From an uncultured Planctomycetota bacterium (GTDB taxonomy: Bacteria; Planctomycetota; Planctomycetia; Isosphaerales; Isosphaeraceae): DNA of 64,000 nucleotides. Below, piece after piece: positions 20,966 to 31,542 of this stretch. A program made the translations under genes and the position numbers. The stretch is taken from positions 128,001 to 192,000 of the forward strand of contig CAVTTN010000002.1 in the NCBI GenBank assembly GCA_963737655.1. Reading direction: 5' to 3'. Below the pieces are notes generated by a model that did no database searches, had not been told where the DNA came from, and saw only the letters and a list, made by a program, of their open reading frames with translations. How positions within the stretch are numbered: position 1 is the stretch's first letter; every line of letters begins with the position of its first letter.

Positions 20966-23757
20966 TCACCCGGCCCCGGACAGGAACCGGCCCGTCGCGC
21001 TGCCGGGCGTCCGGGCGATCTCGGCGGGCGGCCCCTGGGCCAGGACAAAACCGCCTTCGGGGCCGCCCTCGGGCCCGAGGTCCACGACCCAATCGGCCCG
21101 GCGGATCACGTCGAGATTGTGCTCGATCACGACGAGAGTGCTGCCGGAGTCGGCCAGCCGGCCGAGGACCCTCATGAGGTTGTCCACGTCGGAGAAGTGG
21201 AGGCCCGTCGTCGGCTCGTCGAGCAGATAGAGCGTCCCGGCCGAGGCCGACCGGCCGAGCCCGGCCGCCAGCTTCACTCTCTGCGCCTCCCCGCCGGAGA
21301 GCGTCGTGCTGGACTGGCCCAGAGTCACGTAGCCGAGGCCCGCGTCCCGGAGCGCTTCGAGTCCCCGGCGGACCTTCGGGACAGCATCGAAGACCTTCGA
21401 GGCCTCGTCCACCCGCAGGTTCAGTACGTCGCCGATCGACCGGCCCTTGTAAGTGATCTCCAGCGTGGGGGGGTTGAACCGCAGCCCCCGGCAGGCCTCG
21501 CAGGTCACGTACAGGTCGGCCAGGAATTGCATCTCGATCCGGCGCACGCCCTGGCCGGCGCACGTGTCGCAGCGGCCCCCCTTCACGTTGAAGCTGAAGC
21601 GATTCGCCTTGAAGCCGCGGACCTTCGCCTCCTTCGTCATGGCGAAGACCTTGCGGATCTCGTCGAAGACGCCGGTGAAGGTGGCGGGCGTCGATCGGGG
21701 GGACCGGCCGATCGGGGCCTGGTCGACTTCCACGAGCGAATGGATCGCGTCCAGTCCGCGGATAGAAACGTAAGACCCGGGTTTCCGCCCCCCCAGACGC
21801 AAATTCCGACGGATCGCCGGTCCGAGGACGTCCTGGACGAGCGAACTCTTGCCCGATCCGCTGACCCCGGTGACACACGTCAGGCATGCGAGGGGAAACC
21901 GGGCCTCCACGGCCTTCAGGTTGTGGGCGGACGCCCCGAGGACCTCGATCCATCCGGGCGATCCGGCCAGTCGTCCCGAATCTTCGATCGATTCGCCCTC
22001 CGCCTTGCGAAGCCGCGCCGCCGTCTCCGAGGGTCCGGTCTCGACGAGCGCGGAGGGCGGGCCGATCGCGACGATCCGGCCGCCGTCGGGCCCGGCACCG
22101 GGCCGAGGTCCACGATCCAGTCCGCGGCCCGGATCACGGCCTCGTCGTGCTCCACCACCAGGACGCTATTGCCGGCGTCTCGGAGTTCCCTCAACGCTTC
22201 CAGGAGCCGGGCCGTGTCCCTGGGGTGGAGGCCGCTGGTCGGCTCGTCCAGGACGTAGCCCACCCCCACCAGCCCCGAGCCGATCTGACCGGCCAGACGG
22301 ACCCTCTGAAACTCGCCCCCCGAAAGGGAATCGGCCCGGCGATCCAGCGGCAGATAGCCCAGCCCGACCCGTTCCAGGAATCCCAGACGGGCGACGACCT
22401 CGCGGACTAGGGGAGGGCCGATGGCGTCGAGTGGCGGGGGAAACGCGAGTCCCGAGAGGAAGGTCTTCGCCTCGGAGGCGCCGAGGGCGGTCAAGCTCGC
22501 GATCGATCGGCCTCCCACGGTCACGGCCAGGGCCTCGGGCCTCAGCCTGGCCCCGCCGCATTTCGGGCAAGGGACTTCGACCAGGAATGCCGAGAGGGCG
22601 TCTCGCTGGCGGTCGGTTTTCGCCGCTTCTTGCGCTTGTTTGAGGGCCTTGCGGAGGCCGGGAAACCCGTCTTCTCCCTCGAAAAAGCCCCGAAGGGCCG
22701 CCTCGGGCCAGGTTTCCACGGCCCGCGATCCCGACAGCTTGTGTTTCTTCAGGAAGGCGGGCAGGGCGATCAGTTTTCCCTGGGCCTCGGGCGAGGCGAT
22801 CGCGCCCTCGTCCAGGGACTTCGTGCGATCGGGGATCGCGAGATCCGGGTCGAACTCGGCCTTCGTCCCCATGCCCCCGCATTCCGGGCAGGCCCCGTGA
22901 GGGCTGTTGAAGCTGAAGGTGCGGGGCTCGACCTCTTCCAGGCCGATCCCGCAATTCGGGCAGGCGAACTTGACGCTCACGACCCGGTCGGTCCACCCTC
23001 CCGAATCGTCGGCCAGAGAGAGGACCACCGTCCCATCCCCGAGTTTCAGGGCGCGATCGATGCTCTCGGCCAATCGGGGTCGGATTCCCTCGCGGACGAC
23101 CAGGCGATCAATGACCGCCTCGATCGTGTGAACTTTCGTCTTCGCGAGTTTCGGCGGGGGGTCGCCCACCTCGACCACATCGCCATCGACCCGGGCCCGG
23201 ATCAGCCCTTCCCGGCGGATCGCGGCGAACGAATCGGCATGGGCCCCCTTGCGGCCCCGGACCATCGGGGCCAGGACGAGGACTTTTCGACCTTCGGCCA
23301 ACCCCATCACGCCCGAGACCATCTGTTCGGGCGTCTGCCGCTCGATCGGCCTCCCGCAGCTCGGGCAATGCGGCAGACCCGCCCGGGCGAAGAGGATGCG
23401 GAGGTAGTCATACGCCTCGGTCAACGTCCCGACTGTGCTCCTCGGCCCGGCCGGGCCGGAGGATTGGTCGATGGCGACGGTCGGCGGGAGGCCGTCGATC
23501 CGGTCCACGTCGGGCGGTTCGAGCTGATCGAGGAACTGGCGGGCATAGCTGGAAAGCCCCTCGATGTAGCGACGCCTCCCCTCGGCGAAGAGGGTGTCGA
23601 AGGCCAGGGAACTCTTGCCCGATCCGCTCACGCCGGTGAGGACGACCAGGCGGTCCCGGGGGATGTCCACGTCCACGTTCCGGAGGTTGTGGACCCGGGC
23701 GCCTCGGACCCGGATGGCCCCGGGAGGATCGTCGGCGATGTCGGGGGATTCGGCCAC
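20966..23757 (-). CDS. uvrA: Excinuclease ABC subunit A, frameshifted near 22100
   Basis: GARVHNL, TGVSGSGKSSLAFDT, Zn fingers, LSGGEFQRVRLA, second cassette TGVSGSGKSS...LSGGEAQRVKLA, DEPTTGLH. One missing C restores DLGPGAGPDGG; about 930 aa when joined. Confidence 0.93.
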
Positions 23758-23882
23758 GAGAGCATCCTTCGGGGCGGGTCGGCGTTGTCATCGGGGCGGA
23801 GATCGATCAGACTCAGGGTATCGGCGGCCGTCCCGACCGGGCAAGCGGCCGTCCCGAAGGTCGTCGAGGGGGAGGGGCACGC

Positions 23883-24143
23883 GTGACGGTCGAAGTTCGG
23901 CTCTTCGCGGTCGCCCGGCAGAGCGTCGGGAGGCCCTCAGTCCTCGTGGACGTGCCCGACCCGGCCACGGTCGGCGGTCTCCGGCGCACCCTGGCCGCGG
24001 CCTATCCTCCCCTGGCTCGACTCCTGGAAGGAATGAAGATGGCCGTGGCCGTCGATTCCGAATACGCCTCGGACGATTTCGAGATCCCTCCCGGGGCCGA
24101 GGTGGCGTTAATCCCGCCGGTCAGCGGGGGGGCGGCACGATGA
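23883..24143 (+). CDS. moaD: Molybdopterin synthase sulfur carrier subunit
   Basis: VRLFA...EVALIPPVSGG followed by a short extension (AAR). Confidence 0.9.
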   Translation: MTVEVRLFAVARQSVGRPSVLVDVPDPATVGGLRRTLAAAYPPLARLLEGMKMAVAVDSEYASDDFEIPPGAEVALIPPVSGGAAR

Positions 24144-24574
24144 TCGAGATCGTCGAGACGGTCATTGATTACGAGGCGGTCACCGAACGGGTGCGATCCA
24201 GCCGAGCGGGCGCCGTCTGCCTGTTCCTCGGGACGGTCCGCGAGATCACCGGCGATTTGCGGACGTCCTTCCTCGAGTATGAAGCCTATCCCGAGATGGC
24301 GGCGAGGAAGATGGAGGAGATCGAGGCCGAGGCGAGGCGGCGTTGGCCGATCCTGGAAGCGGCGATCGTCCACCGCGTCGGCCGCCTGGAGATCGGCGAG
24401 ATCAGCATCGCCGTGGCCGTGAGCAGCCCCCACCGTCGCGCCGCGTTCGAGGCGTGCGGTTGGATCATGGATACGATCAAAGAGGCGGTGCCGATCTGGA
24501 AGAAGGAACGCTGGGCCGACGGCACCGAGGAATGGGTCCATCCAGGCCAGCACCCAATCCAGGATCGAAAATAA
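24140..24574 (+). CDS. moaE: Molybdopterin synthase catalytic subunit
   Basis: ATG overlaps the moaD stop; GAVCLFLGTVR, LEYEAY, HRVGRL, SSPHR, PIWKKE. Confidence 0.95.
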   Translation: MIEIVETVIDYEAVTERVRSSRAGAVCLFLGTVREITGDLRTSFLEYEAYPEMAARKMEEIEAEARRRWPILEAAIVHRVGRLEIGEISIAVAVSSPHRRAAFEACGWIMDTIKEAVPIWKKERWADGTEEWVHPGQHPIQDRK

Positions 24575-24604
24575 AGGAGACGGCGCGTTCGCCGCGCCCC
24601 CACG

Positions 24605-25582
24605 ATGATCGATCGATTCGGACGAGTGCATAATAATCTGCGGATCAGCGTGACGGACCGGTGCAACATCCGGTGCGTCTACTGCATGCCGGAAGACGTG
24701 GCGTTCCTCCCGAGGACGAGCCTGCTCTCCTTCGAGGAGATCGTCCGGTTCGTCCGCGTGGCGGCGGGTCTCGGCGTCGATAAGGTCCGTCTGACCGGCG
24801 GCGAGCCCCTGGTTCGCAAGGGGTTGCCGGTCCTGGTGGAGATGGTCGCGGCCGTCGAGGGAATCCGCGACATCGGCGTGACCACCAACGGCATCTTGCT
24901 CGCCCCGATCGCCCGGGACCTCCGCTCCGCCGGGCTGGCCCGGATCAACGTGAGCCTGGACACCCTCGACGCCGACCGATTCCTCCGGCTCACGAGGAGG
25001 ACCGGACTGCCCGAAGTGATCGCCGGAATCCTCGCCGCCAAGGAAGCGGGATTCGACCCGGTGAAGCTCAACGCCGTGGCGATCCGTGGCGAAACCGAGG
25101 AAGACATCCTGCCTCTGGCCCATTTCGCCCGAGAACACGGCCTGGAGCTCCGGTTCATCGAGTACATGCCGCTGGACGCCGGCGAATGGGAACGCTCCAA
25201 AGTGCTCCCGGCCGACGAGATCCTCGATCGACTGGCCGGCGAGTTCGGGCCGCTCTCCCCGGTGCCGAATCCCGATCCCAGGGCCCCGGCGCTGGACTAT
25301 GAGTTCGCCGACGGCCGGGGGCGGATCGGCCTGATTGCCTCGGTCACGAGGCCATTTTGCGGCAACTGCAACCGGGTTCGTTTGACCGCCGACGGCAAGC
25401 TCCGCAATTGCCTCTTCGCGCTCGACGAGACGGACATCCGAGGGATGATCCGGGGCGGGGCGAGCGACGAGGAATTGGCCGCGGCGCTCCAAGGCAGCGT
25501 GGCCGAGAAGTGGGCCGGTCACGCGATCAATTCCGGCTCGTTCATCCAGCCGGACCGCCTGATGCACTCGATCGGGGGATAA
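24605..25582 (+). CDS. moaA: GTP 3',8-cyclase
   Basis: LRISVTDRCNIRCVYCMP, TGGEPL, FCGNCNRVRLTADGKLRNCL, C-terminal MHSIGG. Confidence 0.97.
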   Translation: MIDRFGRVHNNLRISVTDRCNIRCVYCMPEDVAFLPRTSLLSFEEIVRFVRVAAGLGVDKVRLTGGEPLVRKGLPVLVEMVAAVEGIRDIGVTTNGILLAPIARDLRSAGLARINVSLDTLDADRFLRLTRRTGLPEVIAGILAAKEAGFDPVKLNAVAIRGETEEDILPLAHFAREHGLELRFIEYMPLDAGEWERSKVLPADEILDRLAGEFGPLSPVPNPDPRAPALDYEFADGRGRIGLIASVTRPFCGNCNRVRLTADGKLRNCLFALDETDIRGMIRGGASDEELAAALQGSVAEKWAGHAINSGSFIQPDRLMHSIGG

Positions 25583-25645
25583 GTCGCGAGGCCGCGGCCC
25601 GAAACTTGCCACGGATGAACGCCGATCCCCCCGATCGGAGGTTGC

Positions 25646-26692
25646 ATGAAAGCGCTCTTGGTGAAGCCGGGCCAGGCCGGATCGGCCTGCCTGGCCGACG
25701 TTCCCGAACCCCCGCAGGGGGACGGGCCGGTCCTCGTGGAGGTCCTCGCCCTGGGCGTCTGCGGGACGGACCTGGAAATCGTCTCGGGCAAGTACGGCTG
25801 GGCGCCTCCGGGCCGAGATCGGTTGATCTTCGGCCACGAATCGCTCGGGAGGGTGAAGGAAGCGCCGGAGGACTCCGGGCTGAAGGCGGGTGACCTGGTC
25901 GTCGGGATCGTCCGCCGACCCGATCCGGTCCCCTGCCCTAATTGCGCCCGGGACGAGTGGGACATGTGCCGCAACGGCCAGTACACCGAGCGAGGCATCA
26001 AGCAACGCGACGGCTATGGGTCGGAGCGATACCGGATCGAGCCGAAATTCGCGGTCAAGGTCGATCCGTCGCTCGACCGCGTCGGGGTCTTGCTGGAACC
26101 GGCGAGCGTCCTGGCCAAGGCGTGGGAGCACATCGAGCGGATCGGCCGACGGGCGGCGTGGGAGCCGCGAAAGATCCTGGTGACCGGCGCCGGGCCGATC
26201 GGCCTCCTCGCCGCGATGATGGGCAGGCAGAGGGGGCTGGAAGTCCACGTCCTGGACCGCGCGACGGACGGCCCCAAGCCGGCCCTGGTTCGCGACCTGG
26301 GGGCCGAATATCACGTCGGGAACGTCCGGGACGCCTGCCCCGGGGCCGACGTGATCCTCGAATGCACGGGGGTCGGCTCGCTCGTCTTCGAGGCGATGCA
26401 GGACATGGCCCCCGACGGCATCGCCTGCCTGACTGGCGTTTCCTCGCGAGGGCGGACGCTCCAGATCGACGCCGGGGCGATCAACCGCTCGATGGTCCTG
26501 GAGAACAACGTGGTCTTCGGCTCGGTGAACGCCAACCGCCGACACTACGAAGCCGGCGCCGAGGCTCTGGCGAAGGCCGATCGCGATTGGCTCGAACGGC
26601 TGATCAGCCGTCGAGTGCCGGTGGAGAAGTGGGCAGAGGCCCTGAATCGCCGCCCCGGCGACGTCAAGCCGGTGATCGAATTCGCCTCCTGA
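25646..26692 (+). CDS. Zn-dependent (MDR) glucose 1-dehydrogenase-like protein
   Basis: GVCGTD, GHESLG, CPNC...C, YTERGI, GAGPIG, FGSVNANRRHY. Confidence 0.85.
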   Translation: MKALLVKPGQAGSACLADVPEPPQGDGPVLVEVLALGVCGTDLEIVSGKYGWAPPGRDRLIFGHESLGRVKEAPEDSGLKAGDLVVGIVRRPDPVPCPNCARDEWDMCRNGQYTERGIKQRDGYGSERYRIEPKFAVKVDPSLDRVGVLLEPASVLAKAWEHIERIGRRAAWEPRKILVTGAGPIGLLAAMMGRQRGLEVHVLDRATDGPKPALVRDLGAEYHVGNVRDACPGADVILECTGVGSLVFEAMQDMAPDGIACLTGVSSRGRTLQIDAGAINRSMVLENNVVFGSVNANRRHYEAGAEALAKADRDWLERLISRRVPVEKWAEALNRRPGDVKPVIEFAS

Positions 26693-26734
26693 ACCGCTCG
26701 CTCTCCTGCCCGCCCCGACCGAGGATGCTCGCCC

Positions 26735-28537
26735 ATGCCGTTGCGAATCGAGGATTACGCCCTGATCGGCGACTGCCAGACCGCCGCCCTCGTGGGCCGA
26801 GACGGCTCGATTGACTGGCTCTGCCTGCCCCGGTTCGACTCCGGGGCCCCGTTCGCCGCCCTCCTCGGCTCGCCCGAGAACGGCCGGTGGCAGATCGCGC
26901 CGAAGGGAGAAGTCCGCCGCTCGGTCCGATCGTATCGGCAGGACACGCTGATCCTGGAGACCGAGATCACGACCGACGACGGCACGGTCGCCCTGATCGA
27001 CTTCATGCCGCCCAGGAACGAGCGGCCCGACCTCGTCCGGATCGTCGAGGGGAGGCGGGGACGCGTCCCGATGCGGATGGAATGGGTCGTCCGGTTCGAT
27101 TACGGATGGATCGTCCCGTGGGTGCAGCGGATCGAGGGGGGCCTTGCGGCCGTCGGCGGGCCCGATGCCCTGGTCCTGCGGACTCCGGTCGAGACCCGCG
27201 GGGAGGACTTCAAGACGATCGCCGAATTCGACGTGGCCGAAGGACAGCGAGTCGCGTTCACGATGACCTGGCACGCCTCTCACGAGCCGATCCCGTCCCC
27301 TTTTGATGCCGAGGAAGCCCTGGTCGCCACCGAGAGCTGGTGGAAGGAGTGGGCCTCGAGGTGCGCCGACGCCGGCCCGTGGCGAGAGGCCGTGGTGCGA
27401 TCGCTGATTACCTTGAAGGCGCTGACCTACGCCCCGACCGGCGGGATCGTGGCGGCTCCGACGACCTCCTTGCCGGAAAAGATCGGCGGGGTCCGCAACT
27501 GGGACTATCGGATCTGCTGGATTCGGGACGCCTCATTCACCCTTTCGGCCCTCCTGCGGGCCGGCTACCACGAGGAGGCCCAGGAGTGGCGAGCCTGGCT
27601 CCTCCGGGCCGTCGCGGGCGAGCCCTCGAAGCTCCAGATCATGTACGGGGTCGAAGGGCAGCGCCGGCTCCCCGAGCTCGAATTGCCGTGGCTTGACGGC
27701 TACGAGGGGTCGAAGCCCGTCCGCGTCGGAAACGCCGCCCACGAGCAGTTTCAGCTCGACGTCTACGGCGAACTCGCCGGGACCATGTATCAGGCGATCC
27801 GGGCCGGGCTCCAGCCGAATGAGGAAGGCTGGAGGCTCGCTCAAGGACTCTTCGAGTTCCTCGAAACCCACTGGCAAGAACCCGATGAGGGGATCTGGGA
27901 GGTCCGTGGCGGCCGTCGCCAGTTCACCCACTCCAAGATGATGGCATGGCTGGCGATGGAGTGCGCCGTGAAGGCCGTCGAGTCGCTCGGGAGAGACGGG
28001 CCCATCGATCGATGGAAGGCCCTCCGGGCCCAGATCCATGAACAGGTCTGTCGGGAAGGATTCGACCCCGACCTGAACGCGTTTGTTCAGTCCTACGGCT
28101 CCAAGCTCCTGGATGCCAGCCTCCTGATGATGCCTCTCGTCGGCTTTCTCCCGGCCAACGACCCGCGAGTGACGGGGACGGTTGCCGCGATCGAGAGAGG
28201 GCTGCTGAATGACGGCTTCGTGATGCGTTACTCCCCATCGAAGAACGTGGACGGCCTGCCCCCCGGCGAGGGCGCCTTCCTCCCCTGCACATTCTGGCTG
28301 GTGGACTGCATGACCCGCCAGGGGCGACGGGACGATGCCATCCGTCTCTTCGAACGGCTCCTCTCCCTTCGGAACGACGTCGGCCTCCTCTCGGAGGAAT
28401 ATGACCCGAAGTCGGGCCGGCTGGTGGGCAACTTCCCGCAAGCCTTCTCGCACATCTCGCTCGTCAACTCGGCGTTCGACCTGGTCGAGAACGAAAAGCT
28501 CGGCGCACGGACCAACGATGGCCACGGCCCCTCCTGA
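26735..28537 (+). CDS. Glycoside hydrolase family 15 (trehalase/glucoamylase-like)
   Basis: IEDYALIGD, TTSLPE, RNWDYRICWIRDA, QLDVYGE, DEGIWEVRG, LLSEEYD, GNFPQAFSH. Confidence 0.95.
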   Translation: MPLRIEDYALIGDCQTAALVGRDGSIDWLCLPRFDSGAPFAALLGSPENGRWQIAPKGEVRRSVRSYRQDTLILETEITTDDGTVALIDFMPPRNERPDLVRIVEGRRGRVPMRMEWVVRFDYGWIVPWVQRIEGGLAAVGGPDALVLRTPVETRGEDFKTIAEFDVAEGQRVAFTMTWHASHEPIPSPFDAEEALVATESWWKEWASRCADAGPWREAVVRSLITLKALTYAPTGGIVAAPTTSLPEKIGGVRNWDYRICWIRDASFTLSALLRAGYHEEAQEWRAWLLRAVAGEPSKLQIMYGVEGQRRLPELELPWLDGYEGSKPVRVGNAAHEQFQLDVYGELAGTMYQAIRAGLQPNEEGWRLAQGLFEFLETHWQEPDEGIWEVRGGRRQFTHSKMMAWLAMECAVKAVESLGRDGPIDRWKALRAQIHEQVCREGFDPDLNAFVQSYGSKLLDASLLMMPLVGFLPANDPRVTGTVAAIERGLLNDGFVMRYSPSKNVDGLPPGEGAFLPCTFWLVDCMTRQGRRDDAIRLFERLLSLRNDVGLLSEEYDPKSGRLVGNFPQAFSHISLVNSAFDLVENEKLGARTNDGHGPS

Positions 28538-28550
28538 CGCCGACTCCCCG

Positions 28551-29396
28551 TCAAACGCGGCCGGGAAGCTCGCCCGAGTTGAGATACCACATGTTGTCCG
28601 ACCCCCGGGCCAGGGTGGTCGTCACCCGGACGCTCTCCAGAGGCTCGGTCGATTCCCCCCGAGGGCGGACGATCACGGTGAAGGACGCCTCCACCGAGGT
28701 CTGCCCCGCGCTCTTGTCCGACTTGAAATCCGCGATCTCGAAGGCCAGCGGCGTGGTCCCCTTCACGCGACCTCCCCGGAGGCGGCTCAGCCGCCCTTTC
28801 CAGTAGGCGCGGAACCCGGCGAACGAGCCGAACTCGCGGGATTCCTTGCCGGGAGTGCTCAGGAGGAGCCACATCCTCCTGTAGTGCGGGAAATGGTGCG
28901 AGAGGGCGGCGAAGTAGTCCTTGACCGCCTGCTCGGGCGTCATCCGGATCGGCCGTTCCATGGTGATCACGATGGGATACGTCAGGACGACCCAGATCGC
29001 CCCGCCGATCAGGAGGAAGAGGAACGACGCCCCGAGATGGTCCACGGAGAACGTGAAGTAGAACGTCGTCAGGACGATCAATCCCACGACGGCCAGCAAG
29101 AGGACGGTCGATCCCCATTCCGCTCCGCGGGTCCAGAGCTCATCGACCTGGGCCTCGGGCAGCGGCGCCTTGGGCGCCGCCTTCGCCTTGGCCCGGCCCG
29201 GCGAGGGGGTCGCGACGGGGACCCGGGGTGGCGAAGGCGGTTCGTCCTCGTCCGGGTCTCCGCCTTCCAGCTCGTAACCGCCGGTCGGCGGGGAGGAGGC
29301 CGGCGGCTTCCTCGACGGTGGACTCGGGCGCTTCGGCTCGTCGTCGAACAGAAAGGCATCGTCGGGCGGGTCGCCCGGAGATCGGGGGCGGGACAT
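28551..29396 (-). CDS. Hypothetical membrane protein (Pro-rich N-terminus, 2 TM segments, soluble C-terminal domain)
   Basis: Start MSRPRSPGDPPDDAFLFDDEP inside ORF 28551..29927; two hydrophobic helices, then TPEQAVKDYFAAL. Confidence 0.7.
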   Translation of the reverse strand: MSRPRSPGDPPDDAFLFDDEPKRPSPPSRKPPASSPPTGGYELEGGDPDEDEPPSPPRVPVATPSPGRAKAKAAPKAPLPEAQVDELWTRGAEWGSTVLLLAVVGLIVLTTFYFTFSVDHLGASFLFLLIGGAIWVVLTYPIVITMERPIRMTPEQAVKDYFAALSHHFPHYRRMWLLLSTPGKESREFGSFAGFRAYWKGRLSRLRGGRVKGTTPLAFEIADFKSDKSAGQTSVEASFTVIVRPRGESTEPLESVRVTTTLARGSDNMWYLNSGELPGRV

Positions 29397-29443
29397 CGAG
29401 GGGCCTCTCGGAGGATGAGTCGCCCGCGAAGGGCGGATTCGAG

Positions 29444-31417
29444 TCACCAGCGCAAATCGGTCCGGGCGAACGCCTCGACCCGCCCGTCGTCGGCCCCCAC
29501 CAGCAATCCGCCGGGGCCGGGAAGACCCACCGGGCTGCATCCGTCGGCCCCGACGATCAGCGGGCGGCCGTCGGCGAGCCGGACCGACCGGGGAACAACC
29601 TGACCGTGGCCCAGGTTTTCCAGGAGAAGGACCGTGGGAAGCGCGTCCAGGTCGGTCAAGGGGATGCCCAGGAGGTCGGCCGCCACGTGGCGAGACCCTC
29701 GAGGCAGGCCGACGATCAGGTCGATCCGTCCCGGCTCGTCCCACGGGCCGGCCCAGAGCGTGCAAAGCCCGCCTCGGCCGAATCCGCCGTCCAGACGGAT
29801 CAGGCGGCCAAGCCGGTCCGTCAGCGGGACGGGCGGGCCGACCTCCCCGGGACCGATTCGCGGATAAACGCACAAAAATCCCTGCAAGTCCAATGCGATC
29901 AGGTCGATCGACCCGGTGCCCGACCAATCCCCGGCCGCGGGCCGGACCCGGGACGGCGTGATCAGGGGCGAGCCGCCCAGCTTGATCGGTTTGGGTACGT
30001 CAAATCGCGGCTGCTGGAGCGTCCCGTTGTTTCGAAGGTGGACGACCTCGCCCCCGGCCCCTCCGACGAGCAGGTCCAGCCGGCCGTGGCCCGTCCAATC
30101 GACCATCGCCGGCGCCGAGAACCCGAGACGGCGGTCGGCCGGACCTCCGAGGAGGCCATCGGGGCCGGGATCGAGCCGGAACGGCTCTCCACCGGCCTCC
30201 ACCAGAGTAGGAAGCCCGTAGCGGCGACCCCCTCGGTCGGAAAACTGCCAGAGACGGCCCGGGGCGTCGCCGACGATCAGGTCCAGGCCGCCGTCGCCGT
30301 CGAGGTCTCCGGCCGTGAGGACCGCCCCGCCCGACGTCCAGAACTCGCCCGCTTCCTGGACGATCGGCTCGGGCCCCGTCGTTTCGTCCCGGCCCGGGGC
30401 CTTCTGGATGGCGAAGACCCGGCCGTCGGCCGAGCCGAAGAGGATCGCCGGCCTCCGATCGCCGTCGAGGTCCGCGGCCGAAAGCGCAGTGCGTTCGCCC
30501 GGGAGGACCAGCGGTCGGCCCGACGCTCGGAGAGGACGAGGCTCCATGAGGACCGGCGGCCTCTGACCTCCGAAGTTGCGGTGGAGGCGGACCTGGCCTC
30601 GGTCGTCGGCGACCAGGAATTCCCAGGCGCCCTGGCCTCCCCAGGAGACGATCAGGGGGGCGGGCCGGCTGGTCAGGTCCAGCTCGCCCCGCTCCGGGCC
30701 GATCACTTCCGGGTTCCCGAATCTCGGCTCGGCCGGTGTCCCGACGTTCCTCAGCCAGACGACCCGGCCCCGAGGGGAATTGCCTCGCCAGCGACCATCG
30801 CGGTCGTAGCCCGGGTGGCCCCCTTTCTGGTTGAAGCCGATCTGCTGGCGGTGAGGGATTCGATCCCCGTCCGGCCAGTAGCCTTCGAGCTCATCCAGAC
30901 CCAGGAGGAGGTCGGTCCGACCGTCGCCATCCCAGTCCACGGCGGCCATCTGGGCGATCCGACCCGCGCCCAGGCCAAGGTCCGCCGGAAGCTCCTGAAG
31001 GGTCTCGAACCGGGGCGAATCCCACGTCCCGGAGTTCCTCAGATAGACCAGGACCGACTCGTCTCGCGCGATCAGGTCGAACCGGGCGGGTCCCTCGGTG
31101 GGGACGGAGCAGACCTGGACGATGCCTCCCAGGCCGGGGATGGGCGTGCCGGTGTCGAAGACGAGGCCCAGGCCCTTGTTGACCCGGCGATACAGCCGGG
31201 CCGTGCGGTGGCGGATCGGGCTACCGGCCAGGACGAGCAGGGCGGCCTTGCCCGGGCCATCCCATTCCACGACCTCGACGAACGAATCCGCACCAAAGCC
31301 GAGAGGACGACAGTCCGTCGCCTCGTCCCAGGAGGGAGGACTGGCCGGATCGGCTCGAACCTCCGTCCCGATCGTCATTTCCGTCGATTCGCCCATCTCC
31401 AGATCCACCGACGCCAT
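29444..31417 (-). CDS. FG-GAP/VCBS repeat beta-propeller protein
   Basis: Repeated DWDGDGRTDLLLG, DLDGDRRP, DLDGDGGLDLIVG, DWTGHGRLDLLVG, DWSGTGSIDLI. Start uncertain (31417, 31396 or 31378). Confidence 0.85.
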   Translation of the reverse strand: MASVDLEMGESTEMTIGTEVRADPASPPSWDEATDCRPLGFGADSFVEVVEWDGPGKAALLVLAGSPIRHRTARLYRRVNKGLGLVFDTGTPIPGLGGIVQVCSVPTEGPARFDLIARDESVLVYLRNSGTWDSPRFETLQELPADLGLGAGRIAQMAAVDWDGDGRTDLLLGLDELEGYWPDGDRIPHRQQIGFNQKGGHPGYDRDGRWRGNSPRGRVVWLRNVGTPAEPRFGNPEVIGPERGELDLTSRPAPLIVSWGGQGAWEFLVADDRGQVRLHRNFGGQRPPVLMEPRPLRASGRPLVLPGERTALSAADLDGDRRPAILFGSADGRVFAIQKAPGRDETTGPEPIVQEAGEFWTSGGAVLTAGDLDGDGGLDLIVGDAPGRLWQFSDRGGRRYGLPTLVEAGGEPFRLDPGPDGLLGGPADRRLGFSAPAMVDWTGHGRLDLLVGGAGGEVVHLRNNGTLQQPRFDVPKPIKLGGSPLITPSRVRPAAGDWSGTGSIDLIALDLQGFLCVYPRIGPGEVGPPVPLTDRLGRLIRLDGGFGRGGLCTLWAGPWDEPGRIDLIVGLPRGSRHVAADLLGIPLTDLDALPTVLLLENLGHGQVVPRSVRLADGRPLIVGADGCSPVGLPGPGGLLVGADDGRVEAFARTDLRW

Positions 31418-31542
31418 CGCCTCGCCTCCCCGGGGCCGCCCGTCCGCCCGAAGGGAGCGTATTCGACCCGGCCCGGAATTGCAAAGGCCGGGCCCGTCTC
31501 GGTATTGGCAAGTCTCGCCGGCCGGAACCCGGGCAACCGAAA

